This document shows positions 53,451 to 64,000 of a stretch of 64,000 nucleotides of DNA, in pieces. A program made the translations under genes and the position numbers. Source of the DNA: Eledone cirrhosa (Eukaryota); NCBI GenBank assembly GCA_964016885.1, contig OZ024746.1, positions 100,874,001 to 100,938,000 of the forward strand, read 5' to 3'. The notes below the pieces were generated by a model that saw only the letters and a program-made list of their open reading frames with translations, was not told where the DNA came from and ran no database searches. The first letter of the stretch is position 1, and every line of letters starts with the position of its first letter.

Positions 53451-53689
53451 CTTTAAAACTTCCTTCAGGAAAGAGTTGTCAATTTAATCAACCAACACCA
53501 ATACACAATTGCTGCACATAGTATTGTACTATGTCCTCTCTATGCAGCTAAAAACTACACAATTGCTACAAATAATAAGCCTCAATCTATGATTTCTCAT
53601 GGCTATTTCACATATTACCAAAATAATCATCTCAAAACTTAAGCTTTCTCTACTTAGAAAATATTACAGCTTTGATCAGTTACTAATCC

Positions 53690-53935
53690 TCTACAAACCA
53701 CAGGGCCAACGCAAAAACATAATCTGTAGCAGTGCTGGTACTGTAAGAATTTCGCTGTCTATTAATGTTTCCTTTAAACAGGCACTATTTGCTGTAATAG
53801 CCAAGCTTCTGTCTTTTAAGATGTCATGCATCTACTCTTCAAGTTTTCCAACTACAGCAAGACCATGTAGTTTGTGACATATCATTTCATGATCAACATT
53901 ATTGGAGGTCTTTACAAAATCGAGATTTACCATAG
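53690..53935 (-). mobile_element. CR1-clade LINE RT remnant
   Basis: Minus-strand LDFVKTSNNVDHEMICHKLHGLAVVGKLEE*MHDILKDRS resembles the CR1 motif LDFAKAFDKVDH..KL..W..FL.DR. Confidence 0.7.
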
Positions 53936-54493
53936 AGCCCTAATTATCCATTTAACACTTTTCTGCAGTTCTGCATTGTTTCATCTTAAATTTGTTTATG
54001 AGTAGTTACATTATTCAGCCCCAGAGCTGTGTTGTTCAGCTGTGCTAATATAATTGCTATTACACCCAGGCTATCACCTGGTAGAGTACTGGATACTACT
54101 TCTTAATCTAAGTAGTTTAGCTACTTTTAATAGATTGTTACTAGCTATTTGAATATCACTTTAATCTATATTCCTCTTCCTCCATTGATGTGGGTTGGGT
54201 CACAATCCAAAACCAGATGAGTTGGATTAACCAAACTTGTTCATTATATTCCATATTTGGTTTCTATGGCTGGATGTTCTTCCTAACAGCAACCATCTTA
54301 CAAGGTGTGCTGTGTGCATTTCTCATGACACCAACACCACCAAAGTGGACTGAGTGCATTTTATTGTGGCACTAATACTAGAGTGGCTATCACATTCATT
54401 CCGATTAGATCACTTCTTATAAAATGTGTAATATGTATGGTTTTCTCCTGTACTACAATATTCATTTTCAATTTTTTTTCTTTTTCTTTTTAG

Positions 54494-54626
54494 GTATATT
54501 TAAGTTATAACACTCTTACTTTTGAAGATATTCTAAACACTATCATCCATTGTAATGTGGTGACAGTAAATTGCTCTCAAGACATTGCAGCTGTCTCAAA
54601 TTGTTTTCCAGTTTCATCCCTGGCAA
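54494..54626 (+). CDS. Exon (VYLSYNTLTFEDILNTIIHCNVVTVNCSQDIAAVSNCFPVSSL[A])
   Basis: Long pyrimidine tract tttttttctttttctttttag| and an open phase-0 frame. The donor is either CAA|gtatgt (end 54626) or the GC-type CTG|gcaagt (end 54622). Confidence 0.75.
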
Positions 54627-55084
54627 GTATGTTGATTCTATCAATTTTGGAATAACAGTTGTAAACTAAATATTTTTCTTATTATCACAGTGTCAGAGTT
54701 TTTTAAAACTATTTTCAATATGTCTAATAATAAACATTATTTGCTTCCTTTTCAGGTTTACTTCAAAATTATTCTTTTAAATTTTTTATGAAGATTTGTA
54801 TTTCTTTTTAAGTATTGTACATTATAAGAAAATTAAAATATAATTGTCGATAAATCTTAACTTTTTACTAATAATAAAAACAAAAATTTCAAAAATAGCA
54901 CAAAAAAAAACATATTTGACTTATCTACTGTACCTTGCTCTGGGCTTAAAATTTGCAGCACACATACACATATACAGAAGCAAATGATTAAGTATCTATG
55001 ACAAGTTGGCCGTGACATTACTCAGTCTATATGAAAACAAATATTTATGTGGAAAAACATCTCATGAATTTACTTTACATTGTT

Positions 55085-55560
55085 CTTTGTTGCCCTCCTT
55101 TTTTTCCAATCTTAACAGGCTTCCCCTTCAGCTTTTATGACCCTATCTAATATACTATTCCACCAGCTACTCACCTTTCATCTGGCTAGAATTTTGCTCC
55201 AACCATGGATCTAGTCATTAGTCTGCAATTGGTTGTTGCGTAGAAACTTCCAGTTGTGCTCTATATCATAGGTTTCTATCTTCTCTTCCTTCTTGCTGTA
55301 TGTATCATGTACAATCCTTCTGAACCTATATTTAACAGAGGAATCCTCCAGTTTTAACACTCTTTTCCTCTAGATTGTCCACGGTCTCTCATTCTGTTGG
55401 ATTTTTATTCTAATGTCTCTAATAACTAATCAATGTTGGGTAGTACATTCTTCACCGATGCATGTTAAACTTTTTACTGAACTCATTGTAAATTCTTACC
55501 TTGTTGACAGCTCCCCAATATATGACCTGTATGGCTCTCACAAGCTAATCATTTCACTAA
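55085..55560 (-). mobile_element. Highly decayed RTE fragment
   Basis: Minus-strand LVRAIQVIYWGAVNKVRIYNEFSKKFNMH aligns with LVKAIQAMYKGAVSKVRIKNDYSEEFSLQ of the 51-53 kb element. Confidence 0.65.
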
Positions 55561-56261
55561 TAAACTCATTTCTATAGGATGGACATATACATGGATCTAT
55601 AAACACATATACCCAGCCAGATGAAGTTTCTATTAAACCAGCAGGCAGCAGTTGGAAATCTCTGTTTAGTTCCAATATCTCAACTTCCAAATAAAATATT
55701 TATTCTTCATTTGGCCAGAATTTTAAAGATTTAATTCTCTAGAAATAAGACTACCTGTGATTTGTTTATCTATGTAATGGTTCAATCAAATATTTTCCAA
55801 TCACATTTAGATGTCCAAAGATAGTGTATTTATGAAGAATATACAAGTTACTTTTGTTGGGTTTCAAATAGATAAAGATGCTGAAATCTTGCATTAGATA
55901 TATGAAGTTCAAACCTAGTGAAAGGATATATATATTTTGTATGAAGTTAATTTAGCCAGTCAGAAATTGCAACTGAACACCATTTTACACTGCTATACAT
56001 ACAAATGTATAAATACACACAAATGTATAAATATCTTTTTCCATCTACAAAATTGTCAATAATCAAAATACTATACAGTAAAAGACATCCAATGTGTTGT
56101 GCAGTTGCTTCCAACCCCAAACAACAGAATAACAAAGCAAATTTCTTTATACAACCATGCCTGCATATAGGAATATCTTGCAGTTTGGCAAAAACCTGAA
56201 ATTCAAATGATTGCAAATATTGATCGTGTATCGGTAAAATATGAAACTGATATATCATTTT

Positions 56262-56482
56262 ATCATCAGCATCATCATCATTTTACGTCTGCTTTTCCCT
56301 GCTTGCAAGGGTGGGACGGGTCCTATTCAGCACAGCATCTCTCCATTCGTCATCTCCTCTGTGAGCTTCAGCGATCTGCGGTCAGCTCTCACCACCTCCG
56401 CCCATGATTTTTGTGGTCTTCCTCTACTGCATCTTCCTTGGCACTTATTTACCCAGCGGTTATCCTCCATGCCCATCACATC
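56262..56482 (-). mobile_element. RTE 3' end, close inverted copy of 50190-50415
   Basis: catcatcattttacgt..cctgcttgcaagggtgggacgggtcctattca is the reverse complement of 50355-50412. Confidence 0.85.
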
Positions 56483-56551
56483 AACTTACAATTAAAGTTT
56501 TTAAATTCAGTATCTTACCACTTAGTTTTTGTCAAATGCCAAAGTTTATAT

Positions 56552-56905
56552 ACAGCATGGCTTTGTGATTAAGAAGTTTACTTCGCAACTATGTTGGTTC
56601 AGTCCCACTGTGTGGCACTTTAGACAAGTGTCTTCTACTTTAGCTGCAGCGTGACAGAAACTGAGCAAAACTGATTGTATGTCTGTGTGTCTGTATTTAC
56701 CTTGCTGTTCCATAACAGTTCAAATAAAGATCAATCAGTTCCAAATTTTCAAAATTACTACTGTAGTTGTTATACATAGTTTCAGTCTGAAACAAGTAAA
56801 AGAGTTGTTAGAACGTTGGATAGAATGCTTTGTGGTATTCCTTCCAGCTCTCTGCTCATCCTGCTGAGGTCAACTTTCGAGGTCGATAAAAAAGTAGCAG
56901 TGAAG
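56552..56905 (+). mobile_element. tRNA-derived SINE remnant(s)
   Basis: A-box-like tggctttgtga and B-box-like ggttcagtccc, followed by gtggcactttagacaagtgtcttctac. A further SINE-like tail lies at 56840-56905. Confidence 0.6.
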
Positions 56906-56981
56906 TATTGTGGTCAATTCTTCTATACCTCTCTCTCTCACTTTTTATCTTTCTATGGAAGAAATCTGCTGTACTCAGGCC

Positions 56982-57171
56982 TGGAGAGGGGGAGATGGGC
57001 TCCACCAGGTTTTAAAATGCCCAAGAAATGCTATATGTCACTATGGCGCCCCTACGACTCCATCAGGAGTTACGGGACCATACCATACCGTACCGTAGGA
57101 TCCTTAACTCCTGATGCAGTCATAGGAGTGTGATGTTGGCCATTAAAACATGGATGAAGCCATCTCTCTCC
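56982..57171. mobile_element. Small MITE-like element
   Basis: tggagaggggagatgggctccaccaggttttaa versus ttaaaacatggatgaagccatctctctcca form imperfect inverted repeats. Confidence 0.55.
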
Positions 57172-57574
57172 AAGTCGGAAGGCAGCTGATTTCTTCCAGA
57201 GAAGGAGAGCAAGAGAATATAAAGGAAGAATCAACTCCAGTATTAGACTCTTATCAGTATTAGATTCTTTATTTATTGACCTTGAAAGTATAAAAAGTAA
57301 AGTTGATTTCAGTAGTGAGCCAGACCAAATACTGGGATATTTTTATTTTAATGCCCTAACGATTTTGCCAATTAGCTTAGTATTTTACACTAACCTTTTG
57401 TTTTGACACAACCTCCCTAAGTCAAGTGGTGAGAATCGATAGTTTTTTTAACATGACCATACCAAAATTGCTCTAAGTTTATAAATTATTAAGATAAAAA
57501 CATGACATTTTTCAGTGAAGATTCCAAACTGAATTTTCTAAAGGATATTGCAAAAAATTTCATTATATTTACAG

Positions 57575-57643
57575 ATTATTAAATGAAATAAACAATTTAA
57601 TATAATAAAATGTAAGCAAAAGCATGGAAAAATTAATTTTTCT
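57575..57643 (+). CDS. Candidate exon with in-frame TGA (IIK*NKQFNIIKCKQKHGKINFS)
   Basis: ttcattatatttacag| acceptor and TCT|gtaagt donor, 69 nt. Phase 0 has a single TGA (57584-57586), while the other two frames contain TAA. Confidence 0.35.
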
Positions 57644-58122
57644 GTAAGTATCAACATCTACATACCTTTAAAGGAAATATTCCTGATGATAGGGTTTGAA
57701 ACAGTTAATACAGAGATTTACCTTGTATTTCTCCCAGCCTGTTGTTGGTTCCCTTCTAATATTTTGCTAGGAACACTGTTTACAAGTTCTCTTTTTCCCT
57801 AAGTCTACAGGCCAGTGTGTGGCACCCTAAACCAGGAAAACTTCTTCCAGGGGCATTTTCTTTTTATAGAATAAGTTGATAGGCCAGGTTCGTTCTAAAA
57901 CCCAACTGGGTGCATTTTTTTCTTGCCTTTTCTAGACAGGAGTTTATGGTTGGGGTATTCTTTCATAAACACAAATGACGAACATTCCATGTAGTCTTTT
58001 ATTGCCCTTCGACATAGCACAATTTCGTGTTCCTCAGTCTTGGTTTCGCCAGACACTTGTTAAATCATTGGGACTGGAATTTCTGGTCAGCAGTGTCAGT
58101 CCTCTTACCCTGCCAGACTGTT

Positions 58123-61100
58123 TCCCCTTCTTACCTCTTACCATACCACACTGTTACCACCAGGTCCCCTTCTTACCTCTTACCATACCACACTGTTACG
58201 ACCAGATCCCCTTCTTACCTCTTACCATACCACACTCTTACCACCAGGTCCCCTTCTTACCTCTTACCATACCACACTGTTACCACCAGGTCCCCTTCTT
58301 ACCTCTTACCATACCACACTCTTACCACCAGGTCCCCATCTTACCTCTTACCATACCACACTGTTACCACCAGGTCCCCATCTTACCTCTTACCATACCA
58401 CACTCTTACCACCAGGTCCCCATCTTACCATACCACACTCTTACCACCAGGTCCCCTTCTTACCTCTTACCATACCACACTCTTACCACCAGGTCCCCTT
58501 CTTACCTCTTACCATACCACACTCTTACCACCAGGTCCCCATCTTACCTCTTACCATACCACACTCTTACCACCAGGTCCCCTTCTTACCTCTTACCATA
58601 CCACACTCTTACCACCAGGTCCCCTTCTTACCTCTTACCATACCACACTCTTACCACCAGGTCCCCTTCTTACCTCTTACCATACCACACTCTTACCACC
58701 AGGTCCCCTTCTTACCTCTTACCATACCACACTCTTACCACCAGGTCCCCATCTTACCTCTTACCATACCACACTCTTACCACCAGGTCCCCTTCTTACC
58801 TCTTACCATACCACACTCTTACCACCAGGTCCCCTTCTTACCTCTTACCATACCACACTCTTACCACCAGGTCCCCTTCTTACCTCTTACCATACCACAC
58901 TCTTACCACCAGGTCCCCTTCTTACCTCTTACCATACCACACTCTTACCACCAGGTCCCCATCTTACCTCTTACCATACCACACTCTTACCACCAGGTCC
59001 CCTTCTTACCTCTTACCATACCACACTCTTACCACCAGGTCCCCTTCTTACCTCTTACCATACCACACTCTTACCACCAGGTCCCCTTCTTACCTCTTAC
59101 CATACCACACTCTTACCACCAGGTCCCCTTCTTACCTCTTACCATACCACACTCTTACCACCAGGTCCCCATCTTACCTCTTACCATACCACACTCTTAC
59201 CACCAGGTCCCCTTCTTACCTCTTACCATACCACACTCTTACCACCAGGTCCCCTTCTTACCTCTTACCATACCACACTCTTACCACCAGGTCCCCTTCT
59301 TACCTCTTACCATACCACACTCTTACCACCAGGTCCCCATCTTACCTCTTACCATACCACACTCTTACCACCAGGTCCCCATCTTACCTCTTACCATACC
59401 ACACTGTTACCACCAGGTCCCCATCTTACCATACCACACTCTTACCACCAGGTCCCCTTCTTACCTCTTACCATACCACACTCTTACCACCAGGTCCCCT
59501 TCTTACCTCTTACCATACCACACTCTTACCACCAGGTCCCCATCTTACCTCTTACCATACCACACTGTTACCACCAGGTCCCCATCTTACCATACCACAC
59601 TCTTACCACCAGGTCCCCTTCTTACCTCTTACCATACCACACTCTTACCACCAGGTCCCCTTCTTACCTCTTACCATACCACACTCTTACCACCAGGTCC
59701 CCATCTTACCTCTTACCATACCACACTGTTACCACCAGGTCCCCATCTTACCTCTTACCATACCACACTCTTACCACCAGGTCCCCTTCTTACCTCTTAC
59801 CATACCACACTGTTACCACCAGGTCCCCTTCTTACCTCTTACCATACCACACTGTTACCACCAGGTCCCCATCTTACCTCTTACCATACCACACTCTTAC
59901 CACCAGGTCCCCTTCTTACCTCTTACCATACCACACTCTTACCACCAGGTCCCCTTCTTACCTCTTACCATACCACACTCTTACCACCAGGTCCCCTTCT
60001 TACCTCTTACCATACCACACTCTTACCACCAGGTCCCCTTCTTACCTCTTACCATACCACACTCTTACCACCAGGTCCCCTTCTTACCTCTTACCATACC
60101 ACACTCTTACCACCAGATCCCCTTCTTACCTCTTACCATACCACACTCTTACCACCAGATCCCCTTCTTACCTCTTACCATACCACACTCTTACCACCAG
60201 ATCCCCTTCTTACCTCTTACCATACCACACTCTTACCACCAGGTCCCCTTCTTACCTCTTACCATACCACACTCTTACCACCAGGTCCCCTTCTTACCTC
60301 TTACCATACCACACTCTTACCACCAGGTCCCCTTCTTACCTCTTACCATACCACACTCTTACCACCAGGTCCCCTTCTTACCTCTTACCATACCACACTC
60401 TTACCACCAGGTCCCCTTCTTACCTCTTACCATACCACACTCTTACCACCAGGTCCCCTTCTTACCTCTTACCATACCACACTCTTACCACCAGGTCCCC
60501 TTCTTACCTCTTACCATACCACACTGTTACGACCAGATCCCCTTCTTACCATACCACACTGTTACCACCAGGTCCCCTTCTTACCATACCACACTCTTAC
60601 CACCAGGTCCCCTTCTTACCTCTTACCATACCACACTCTTACCACCAGGTCCCCTTCTTACCTCTTACCATACCACACTCTTACCACCAGGTCCCCTTCT
60701 TACCTCTTACCATACCACACTCTTACCACCAGGTCCCCTTCTTACCTCTTACCATACCACACTGTTACGACCAGATCCCCTTCTTACCATACCACACTGT
60801 TACCACCAGGTCCCCATCTTACCATACCACACTCTTACCACCAGGTCCCCTTCTTACCTCTTACCATACCACACTCTTACCACCAGGTCCCCTTCTTACC
60901 TCTTACCATACCACACTCTTACCACCAGGTCCCCTTCTTACCTCTTACCATACCACACTCTTACCACCAGGTCCCCTTCTTACCTCTTACCATACCACAC
61001 TCTTACGACCAGATCCCCTTCTTACCATACCACACTGTTACCACCAGGTCCCCATCTTACCATACCACACTCTTACCACCAGGTCCCCTTCTTACCTCTT

Positions 61101-63770
61101 ACCATACCACACTCTTACCACCAGGTCCCCTTCTTACCTCTTACCATACCACACTCTTACCACCAGGTCCCCTTCTTACCTCTTACCATACCACACTCTT
61201 ACCACCAGGTCCCCTTCTTACCTCTTACCATACCACACTCTTACCACCAGGTCCCCTTCTTACCTCTTACCATACCACACTCTTACCACCAGGTCCCCTT
61301 CTTACCTCTTACCATACCACACTGTTACGACCAGATCCCCTTCTTACCATACCACACTGTTACCACCAGGTCCCCATCTTACCATACCACACTCTTACCA
61401 CCAGGTCCCCTTCTTACCTCTTACCATACCACACTCTTACCACCAGGTCCCCTTCTTACCTCTTACCATACCACACTCTTACCACCAGGTCCCCATCTTA
61501 CCTCTTACCATACCACACTGTTACCACCAGGTCCCCTTCTTACCTCTTACCATACCACACTCTTACCACCAGGTCCCCATCTTACCTCTTACCATACCAC
61601 ACTGTTACCACCAGGTCCCCATCTTACCATACCACACTCTTACCACCAGGTCCCCTTCTTACCTCTTACCATACCACACTCTTACCACCAGGTCCCCTTC
61701 TTACCTCTTACCATACCACACTCTTACCACCAGGTCCCCTTCTTACCTCTTACCATACCACACTCTTACCACCAGGTCCCCTTCTTACCTCTTACCATAC
61801 CACACTCTTACCACCAGGTCCCCATCTTACCTCTTACCATACCACACTGTTACCACCAGGTCCCCATCTTACCATACCACACTCTTACCACCAGGTCCCC
61901 TTCTTACCTCTTACCATACCACACTCTTACCACCAGGTCCCCTTCTTACCTCTTACCATACCACACTCTTACCACCAGGTCCCCTTCTTACCTCTTACCA
62001 TACCACACTCTTACCACCAGGTCCCCATCTTACCTCTTACCATACCACACTGTTACCACCAGGTCCCCATCTTACCTCTTACCATACCACACTCTTACCA
62101 CCAGGTCCCCTTCTTACCTCTTACCATACCACACTGTTACCACCAGGTCCCCTTCTTACCTCTTACCATACCACACTGTTACCACCAGGTCCCCATCTTA
62201 CCTCTTACCATACCACACTCTTACCACCAGGTCCCCTTCTTACCTCTTACCATACCACACTCTTACCACCAGGTCCCCTTCTTACCTCTTACCATACCAC
62301 ACTCTTACCACCAGGTCCCCTTCTTACCTCTTACCATACCACACTCTTACCACCAGGTCCCCTTCTTACCTCTTACCATACCACACTCTTACCACCAGGT
62401 CCCCTTCTTACCTCTTACCATACCACACTCTTACCACCAGATCCCCTTCTTACCTCTTACCATACCACACTCTTACCACCAGATCCCCTTCTTACCTCTT
62501 ACCATACCACACTCTTACCACCAGGTCCCCTTCTTACCTCTTACCATACCACACTCTTACCACCAGGTCCCCTTCTTACCTCTTACCATACCACACTCTT
62601 ACCACCAGGTCCCCTTCTTACCTCTTACCATACCACACTCTTACCACCAGGTCCCCTTCTTACCTCTTACCATACCACACTCTTACCACCAGGTCCCCTT
62701 CTTACCTCTTACCATACCACACTCTTACCACCAGATCCCCTTCTTACCTCTTACCATACCACACTCTTACCACCAGATCCCCTTCTTACCTCTTACCATA
62801 CCACACTCTTACCACCAGGTCCCCTTCTTACCTCTTACCATACCACACTCTTACCACCAGGTCCCCTTCTTACCTCTTACCATACCACACTCTTACCACC
62901 AGGTCCCCTTCTTACCTCTTACCATACCACACTCTTACCACCAGGTCCCCTTCTTACCTCTTACCATACCACACTCTTACCACCAGGTCCCCTTCTTACC
63001 TCTTACCATACCACACTCTTACCACCAGGTCCCCTTCTTACCTCTTACCATACCACACTGTTACCACCAGGTCCTCTTCTTACCTCTTACCATACCACAC
63101 TGTTACCACCAGGTCCTCTTCTTACCTCTTACCATACCACACTGTTACCACCAGGTCCCCATCTTACCTCTTACCATACCACACTGTTACGACCAGATCC
63201 CCTTCTTACCTCTTACCATACCACACTCTTACCACCAGGTCCCCTTCTTACCTCTTACCATACCACACTGTTACCACCAGGTCCCCTTCTTACCTCTTAC
63301 CATACCACACTGTTACCACCAGGTCCTCTTCTTACCTCTTACCATACCACACTGTTACCACCAGGTCCCCATCTTACCTCTTACCATACCACACTCTTAC
63401 CACCAGGTCCCCTTCTTACCTCTTACCATACCACACTCTTACCACCAGGTCCCCTTCTTACCTCTTACCATACCACACTGTTACCACCAGGTCCCCATCT
63501 TACCTCTTACCATACCACACTGTTACCACCAGGTCCCCATCTTACCTCTTACCATACCACACTCTTACCACCAGGTCCCCTTCTTACCTCTTACCATACC
63601 ACACTCTTACCACCAGGTCCCCTTCTTACCTCTTACCATACCACACTGTTACCACCAGGTCCCCATCTTACCATACCACACTCTTACCACCAGGTCCCCT
63701 TCTTACCTCTTACCATACCACACTCTTACCACCAGGTCCCCTTCTTACCATACCACACTATTACCACCAG
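58123..63770. repeat. C/T-rich satellite, 42-bp unit CCCCTTCTTACCTCTTACCATACCACACTCTTACCACCAGGT with 35-bp variants, ~135 copies
   Basis: Directly visible. The 35-bp variants lack one TCTTACC subrepeat. Confidence 0.98.
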
Positions 63771-64000
63771 GGTGGTCACTGGTTCAGTTGTGGTCAGGGT
63801 GGCCCTGGTTGAGTTGTGGTCAGGGTGGCCCTGGTTGAGTTGTGGTCAGTATGGCCCTGGTTGAGTTGTGGTCAGGGTGGCCCTGGTTGAGTTGTGGTCA
63901 GGGTGGCCCTGGTTGAGTTGTGGTCAGGGTGGCCCTGGTTGAGTTGTGGTCAGTATGGCCCTGGTTGAGTTGTGGTCAGGGTGGCCCTGGTTGAGTTGTG
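63771..64000. repeat. 26-bp G/T-rich tandem repeat GGGTGGCCCTGGTTGAGTTGTGGTCA, continuing past the window end
   Basis: Period 26 (63791 to 63817), with a GTATGG variant. Confidence 0.95.

Noticed and set aside
57975-63864. Two overlapping 1945-aa + strand ORFs (Pro/His/Thr/Tyr-rich)
   Set aside because: All three + frames of the 42-mer are stop-free, and 7-bp deletions rotate the peptide freely between frames. This is a compositional artefact.

Overview
Eukaryotic (animal) genomic DNA. The AT-rich unique sequence, (GAT)n-tailed RTE LINEs and tRNA-derived SINEs resemble a cephalopod/Octopus-type mollusc, but this is an inference. About 70% of the window is tandem repeat in six arrays: a 28/26-bp array (1.6-7.1 kb), a G-rich ~38-42-bp array (8.4-10.9 kb), a 31.4-kb 45-bp satellite of ~698 monomers with higher-order structure (13.9-45.3 kb), a 48-bp x6 array, a 42/35-bp array (58.1-63.8 kb) and a 26-bp array running off the end. 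The long ORFs in the supplied track are by-products of these repeats or decayed LINEs. Reading splice sites by hand recovers a gene the ORF track misses: a chain of 8-10 small, phase-compatible + strand exons encoding part of an unidentified, N-glycosylation-rich, probably extracellular protein. The large arrays sit in its introns, one of which is 33.5 kb and ~94% satellite. Two candidate exons carry an in-frame TGA. The remaining intronic DNA holds RTE and CR1 LINE relics, a Helitron helicase relic, SINEs and several MITE/foldback elements, some forming inverted pairs around exons.
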